Source of the DNA: Escherichia phage vB_EcoM_OE5505
DNA length: 64,000 bases
Strand: one strand, 5' to 3'
Sequence record: NC_054926.1
In this document: in pieces, positions 60,860-64,000 of the stretch
How the letters are laid out: every line of letters begins with the position of its first letter
Numbering within the stretch: the stretch's first letter is position 1
Notes under the pieces: model-generated
Database searches by the model: none
What the model saw: only the letters and a program-made list of their open reading frames with translations
Told to the model about the DNA's origin: nothing
Position numbers and translations under genes: made by a program

Positions 60860-61321
60860 TCATTGAGTTTTAATTACTGCTTTAGAAGCCTTTCCTGGTA
60901 AACGACGACTATTGATAATTGCCATCCTGCATTGAAGCGACGGGTCTTTGAACTTCGCATTAGGTTTACAAACTGTAAATCCAAGCCAAAGATTTCCATC
61001 TGTGATTTCTAAACGTCCAGGACGGTATTCAACCCCATCAATAAAATCCTCATCAATGTCAGGACGCGGAGGCATACTCAGGAATTCATTAACTTCTAAA
61101 ACATGGTCTTTTATTTTGTGGAATAATTCAAAAACATATGTCTCATCAATCTCCCGTTGAATTGCACGATCAAGAAGATGTTGAGAATATTTTAGATGAA
61201 ACGATGAGACCCCTGCTGCTTTTGATGCCTCACGAATCTCATTGTTAATTTGACGAAACTCCGACTCAAAGTGACGACGAAGCTTATTTCGACGGATAAA
61301 AACTTCTGTATTGATAGTCAT
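60860..61321 (-). CDS. regB: endoribonuclease RegB (153 aa)
   Basis: Sequence MTINTEVFIRRNKLRRHFESEF... matches T4 RegB as recalled. Confidence 0.85.
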   Translation of the reverse strand: MTINTEVFIRRNKLRRHFESEFRQINNEIREASKAAGVSSFHLKYSQHLLDRAIQREIDETYVFELFHKIKDHVLEVNEFLSMPPRPDIDEDFIDGVEYRPGRLEITDGNLWLGFTVCKPNAKFKDPSLQCRMAIINSRRLPGKASKAVIKTQ

Positions 61322-61349
61322 GTTATTCTCCTCTTAACTGATAGAAAAA

Positions 61350-61378
61350 TTATACCACAGTCAAGAGGAAAAGTAAAC
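61350..61378 (-). promoter_or_regulatory. T4-type early promoter upstream of regB
   Basis: GTTTAC 61373-61378, TGTGGTATAA -10. Confidence 0.6.
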
Positions 61379-61380
61379 AG

Positions 61381-61701
61381 TTATTCTTTAAATCTAATCA
61401 ATTTATTCATAGACTTTGAAACTTCTGCACGAACCTCATGTAGATTTTTGAGCTGTTCAAGACGCTGCGTATAGTAAGCAATTTCATCTTCTTCGAGACA
61501 GTCCTGTGAATCTTCTTTAAGATACCGTGCATAGTCCTGGAAAGCGTTACGGACTACTTCCTGGAAGTCATCAAGACTTTGAATTTTCTTAGGAGCAGCA
61601 GACACACGACGAGGGGCAGTATAATACTCATAACCAAACCCTGCGCTTAATTGAGCCATTAGTATTTTTCCTCTGGTTGGAACACAGCACGACAAGCCCA
61701 C
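61381..61701 (-). CDS. hypothetical protein (106 aa)
   Basis: ORF. Confidence 0.45.
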   Translation of the reverse strand: MGLSCCVPTRGKILMAQLSAGFGYEYYTAPRRVSAAPKKIQSLDDFQEVVRNAFQDYARYLKEDSQDCLEEDEIAYYTQRLEQLKNLHEVRAEVSKSMNKLIRFKE

Positions 61702-61961
61702 ATACTGGCTTCTTTGAGTTTCGTTTTAGCAATAGCTAACTGATCGAGGCTTTCAGCATAATTCTTCGCGAGTTCAAAGTCTTCGCAATCGTCCCACGCT
61801 TCCCAGAATTCATCATATAAAGCATCAAAGATAAGTCCTAAACGAACTTCAGCGTCTTTAATAGCATTTACTTTACCGATTTTTTCGTCGGTATGTGGTT
61901 TATAACCCTTAATATCTTCAATCATATTTGACTTCCTCACCAGTGCATAAATCGTATTCAA
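61659..61961 (-). CDS. hypothetical protein (100 aa)
   Basis: ORF. Confidence 0.45.
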   Translation of the reverse strand: MNTIYALVRKSNMIEDIKGYKPHTDEKIGKVNAIKDAEVRLGLIFDALYDEFWEAWDDCEDFELAKNYAESLDQLAIAKTKLKEASMWACRAVFQPEEKY

Positions 61962-62139
61962 CTAAACGAATAGGTTCATGAATGCCATATCCCTGAACAG
62001 AAATTTCTGTCGTAGGATAAATTCCATCAATATCACCCATATTCCAGGCTTCATTAAATTGCTGTTCGCCTGAATTACTAAACCACTCGGCGAAAGCATT
62101 TAGCACATCTTCAGAACCTTCAATAATTATCTTTGCCAT
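61918..62139 (-). CDS. hypothetical protein (73 aa)
   Basis: ORF. Confidence 0.45.
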   Translation of the reverse strand: MAKIIIEGSEDVLNAFAEWFSNSGEQQFNEAWNMGDIDGIYPTTEISVQGYGIHEPIRLVEYDLCTGEEVKYD

Positions 62140-62501
62140 TACAAACTCTCGGTAAAGGTACGAGCGATAACGTCGCGCTGCTGTTCCGGAGTCAGAGAGT
62201 TAAAGCGAACTGCATAACCGGATACACGGATGGTCAGCTGCGGATATTTTTCCGGATGCTTAACTGCATCTTCCAGAGTTTCACGACGCAGAACGTTAAC
62301 GTTCAGGTGTTGACCACCTTCAATTTTAACTGTAGGCTGTTGCTCAATTTCAATTTCACGGGCATGCAAACCATAGAAAATTTCTGGGTCTACAAAAGAG
62401 TCCTCTTTAAAGGTTTTAGAAACGATAATTCGTGCTTGAATACCATCTTCAAAATAAATAGTGCCTTTGTGTGTGCCTTCAAGAATTTGATATGCTTTCA
62501 T
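62139..62501 (-). CDS. autonomous glycyl-radical cofactor (YfiD/GrcA-like, 120 aa)
   Basis: C-terminal [29 protein letters not shown] glycyl-radical signature; visibly higher G+C than flanks. Confidence 0.8.
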   Translation of the reverse strand: MKAYQILEGTHKGTIYFEDGIQARIIVSKTFKEDSFVDPEIFYGLHAREIEIEQQPTVKIEGGQHLNVNVLRRETLEDAVKHPEKYPQLTIRVSGYAVRFNSLTPEQQRDVIARTFTESL

Positions 62502-62508
62502 ATAAACC

Positions 62509-62889
62509 TCAATTAGAAAATAAATTTATCCAAGATTGTTCTTTAATTAAAAACGGCTCAGAATCATATGCCATTAAACTTTGCGTAATTAATCCTTTAA
62601 AAGGTCCATCAATAAATTCCATGGTAAAATACGGAATTTTATTCATTAATCTTGCATTAGGAGCAGTGCACAAAACTCTGCATCCTTTGAATACACCTTT
62701 TTGTAATTTGTATTGCTTGGGATAAAATTCGCTCAAAATGTTATTATTTGCTAAAATTTCAAAATGATTCACCAATTTATTTTTAATAGTTTTTGGCGAA
62801 AAATAAAGATATTCGAAAAGCTGAGTGTCTGTCATCATTGCATTCCGATTACGAAAAACTGTGGACGAGTAATACCACCAATGCAACAT
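62509..62889 (-). CDS. hypothetical protein (126 aa)
   Basis: ORF. Confidence 0.45.
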   Translation of the reverse strand: MLHWWYYSSTVFRNRNAMMTDTQLFEYLYFSPKTIKNKLVNHFEILANNNILSEFYPKQYKLQKGVFKGCRVLCTAPNARLMNKIPYFTMEFIDGPFKGLITQSLMAYDSEPFLIKEQSWINLFSN

Positions 62890-63374
62890 TTACTATTGCA
62901 GCAGTGTTGCACAGTTTCAATATGAATATCGTAAATTTTATCCATATCAGGAGATTTAACAGGCTCATCAATTATATACAAAATTCGTGAAAGCGATAAA
63001 CCTCTGAACTTGCTTCCTTTATTACCAATAAAACTGCGCACAGAATCAGTAAATAAACGAAAACGTATATCATCATTAGAATAACGCGAAAATTCCTTTT
63101 TAATGTTATTTGCAGAAATTTTAGCGTAAGCTGAAGTATTAGAAAGAACAATAACTGTTCCGCCATCATACAACCAATTAGCAGCGAAGTTAGTCACAGC
63201 AATTGATTTACCGGATTGACGTCCACCATCTAGTCGAAGTGTGCAATACTGTTTAAGTAAGTCTTCAAATGGTGGGATATAATCGTTTTTACAAATTTCT
63301 TCTACTCTAGCATCAGAATGGTGTGTAAAAGCATTCATCAGGGATAGATAAGGACCAGTTAAAAATGTTCTCAT
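62835..63374 (-). CDS. P-loop protein (about 179 aa)
   Basis: GGRQSGKS Walker A-like; start reassigned to MRTFLTG. Confidence 0.45.
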   Translation of the reverse strand: MRTFLTGPYLSLMNAFTHHSDARVEEICKNDYIPPFEDLLKQYCTLRLDGGRQSGKSIAVTNFAANWLYDGGTVIVLSNTSAYAKISANNIKKEFSRYSNDDIRFRLFTDSVRSFIGNKGSKFRGLSLSRILYIIDEPVKSPDMDKIYDIHIETVQHCCNSKCCIGGITRPQFFVIGMQ

Positions 63375-63527
63375 TTTATTCTCTCTAAATTTGGGCCATT
63401 CCATGGCGCATGAATTGTCCATTTCTGTATTTACCCATTACCGCACTCAGGCTCGACCTTATTACAGGTTGGCGGGAATCCCTCATAGAATCATGAGGTC
63501 CAGTTTGTTCCCATATTTCTTATTTGC

Positions 63528-63926
63528 TTATTTGAACGATTTAACGTACTGAATAGAACCTTTACTATTTACAAAGGCAATTTTACCATTTTTATTATAC
63601 ATTGTAGCAGTACGTTGATAGCCATAAGTTTGTTTACCAGATTGATAACCAACTAATGCAAAATTATCTTCACCCATTTTATTCTGTTTAGCGCGAATGC
63701 GTTCATGACCATGTGCCATAAGAACCTTAGCATCACCAGTTGCAATGGATCGACGAGTTTTTTCATCTTCAACTGTATTAACAAAGTCGTCAAATGAATC
63801 AAATTTAGCATGAGATTTATTATACAGTTTTCCATCTACTGCATAATTATATCCCTGTACATCCATCTCAACTTCTGTACCATCATCCAATACAGCAGTA
63901 ATTTTTTGACCTTTTTTAAATTTCAA
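63528..63926 (-). CDS. hypothetical protein (132 aa)
   Basis: ORF. Confidence 0.45.
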   Translation of the reverse strand: MKFKKGQKITAVLDDGTEVEMDVQGYNYAVDGKLYNKSHAKFDSFDDFVNTVEDEKTRRSIATGDAKVLMAHGHERIRAKQNKMGEDNFALVGYQSGKQTYGYQRTATMYNKNGKIAFVNSKGSIQYVKSFK

Positions 63927-64000
63927 AAGATCAGTAAAAGATTCAGCAATAATTTGAGAATTAATAGCTGCTTCAGTGATAAATTCTTGATATGTTTTCA

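Overview
This window is a 64-kb stretch of a T4-like (T-even, Tevenvirinae) coliphage genome, starting at the rIIA end of the conventional map and running through the early/middle region. Gene order and several near-identical protein N-termini (Soc, RegA, Dmd, Imm, gp42) match T4 from memory; no database search was possible. Essentially all genes are on the minus strand, tightly packed, with many ATGA/TAATG overlaps, T4-type early promoters (GTTTAC...TGGTAtAAT) and UUCG/GAAA tetraloop terminators. Recognised genes in transcription order (right to left) include regB, tk, rI, nrdC, 49, nrdD, nrdG, 55, a-gt, 47, 46, 45, 44, 62, regA, 43, imm, 42, uvsX, 41, dmd, 61, dam, 56, soc, modB, modA, dda, dexA, 39, rIIA. 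It is not T4 itself: the topoisomerase II large subunit is one uninterrupted 606-aa ORF, nrdD has no intron, and a 280-aa transferase sits where T4 has the 351-aa beta-gt. I found no CRISPR array, tRNA/rRNA gene or integrase. No single locus can be shown from sequence alone to be an undescribed system. The candidates most worth follow-up are: (1) an early-promoter-driven gene next to dam with a PD-(D/E)xK nuclease-like motif, plus a convergent plus-strand membrane ORF; (2) a perfect 55-bp tandem duplication that frameshifts a small gene; (3) an array of four paralogous coiled-coil proteins; (4) an adjacent AAA ATPase and nucleotidyltransferase; (5) a macro-domain protein. Many ORF-track N-termini are artefacts of translating through early promoters (the recurring 'GTIQLSTT' peptide), and I corrected the clearest ones.
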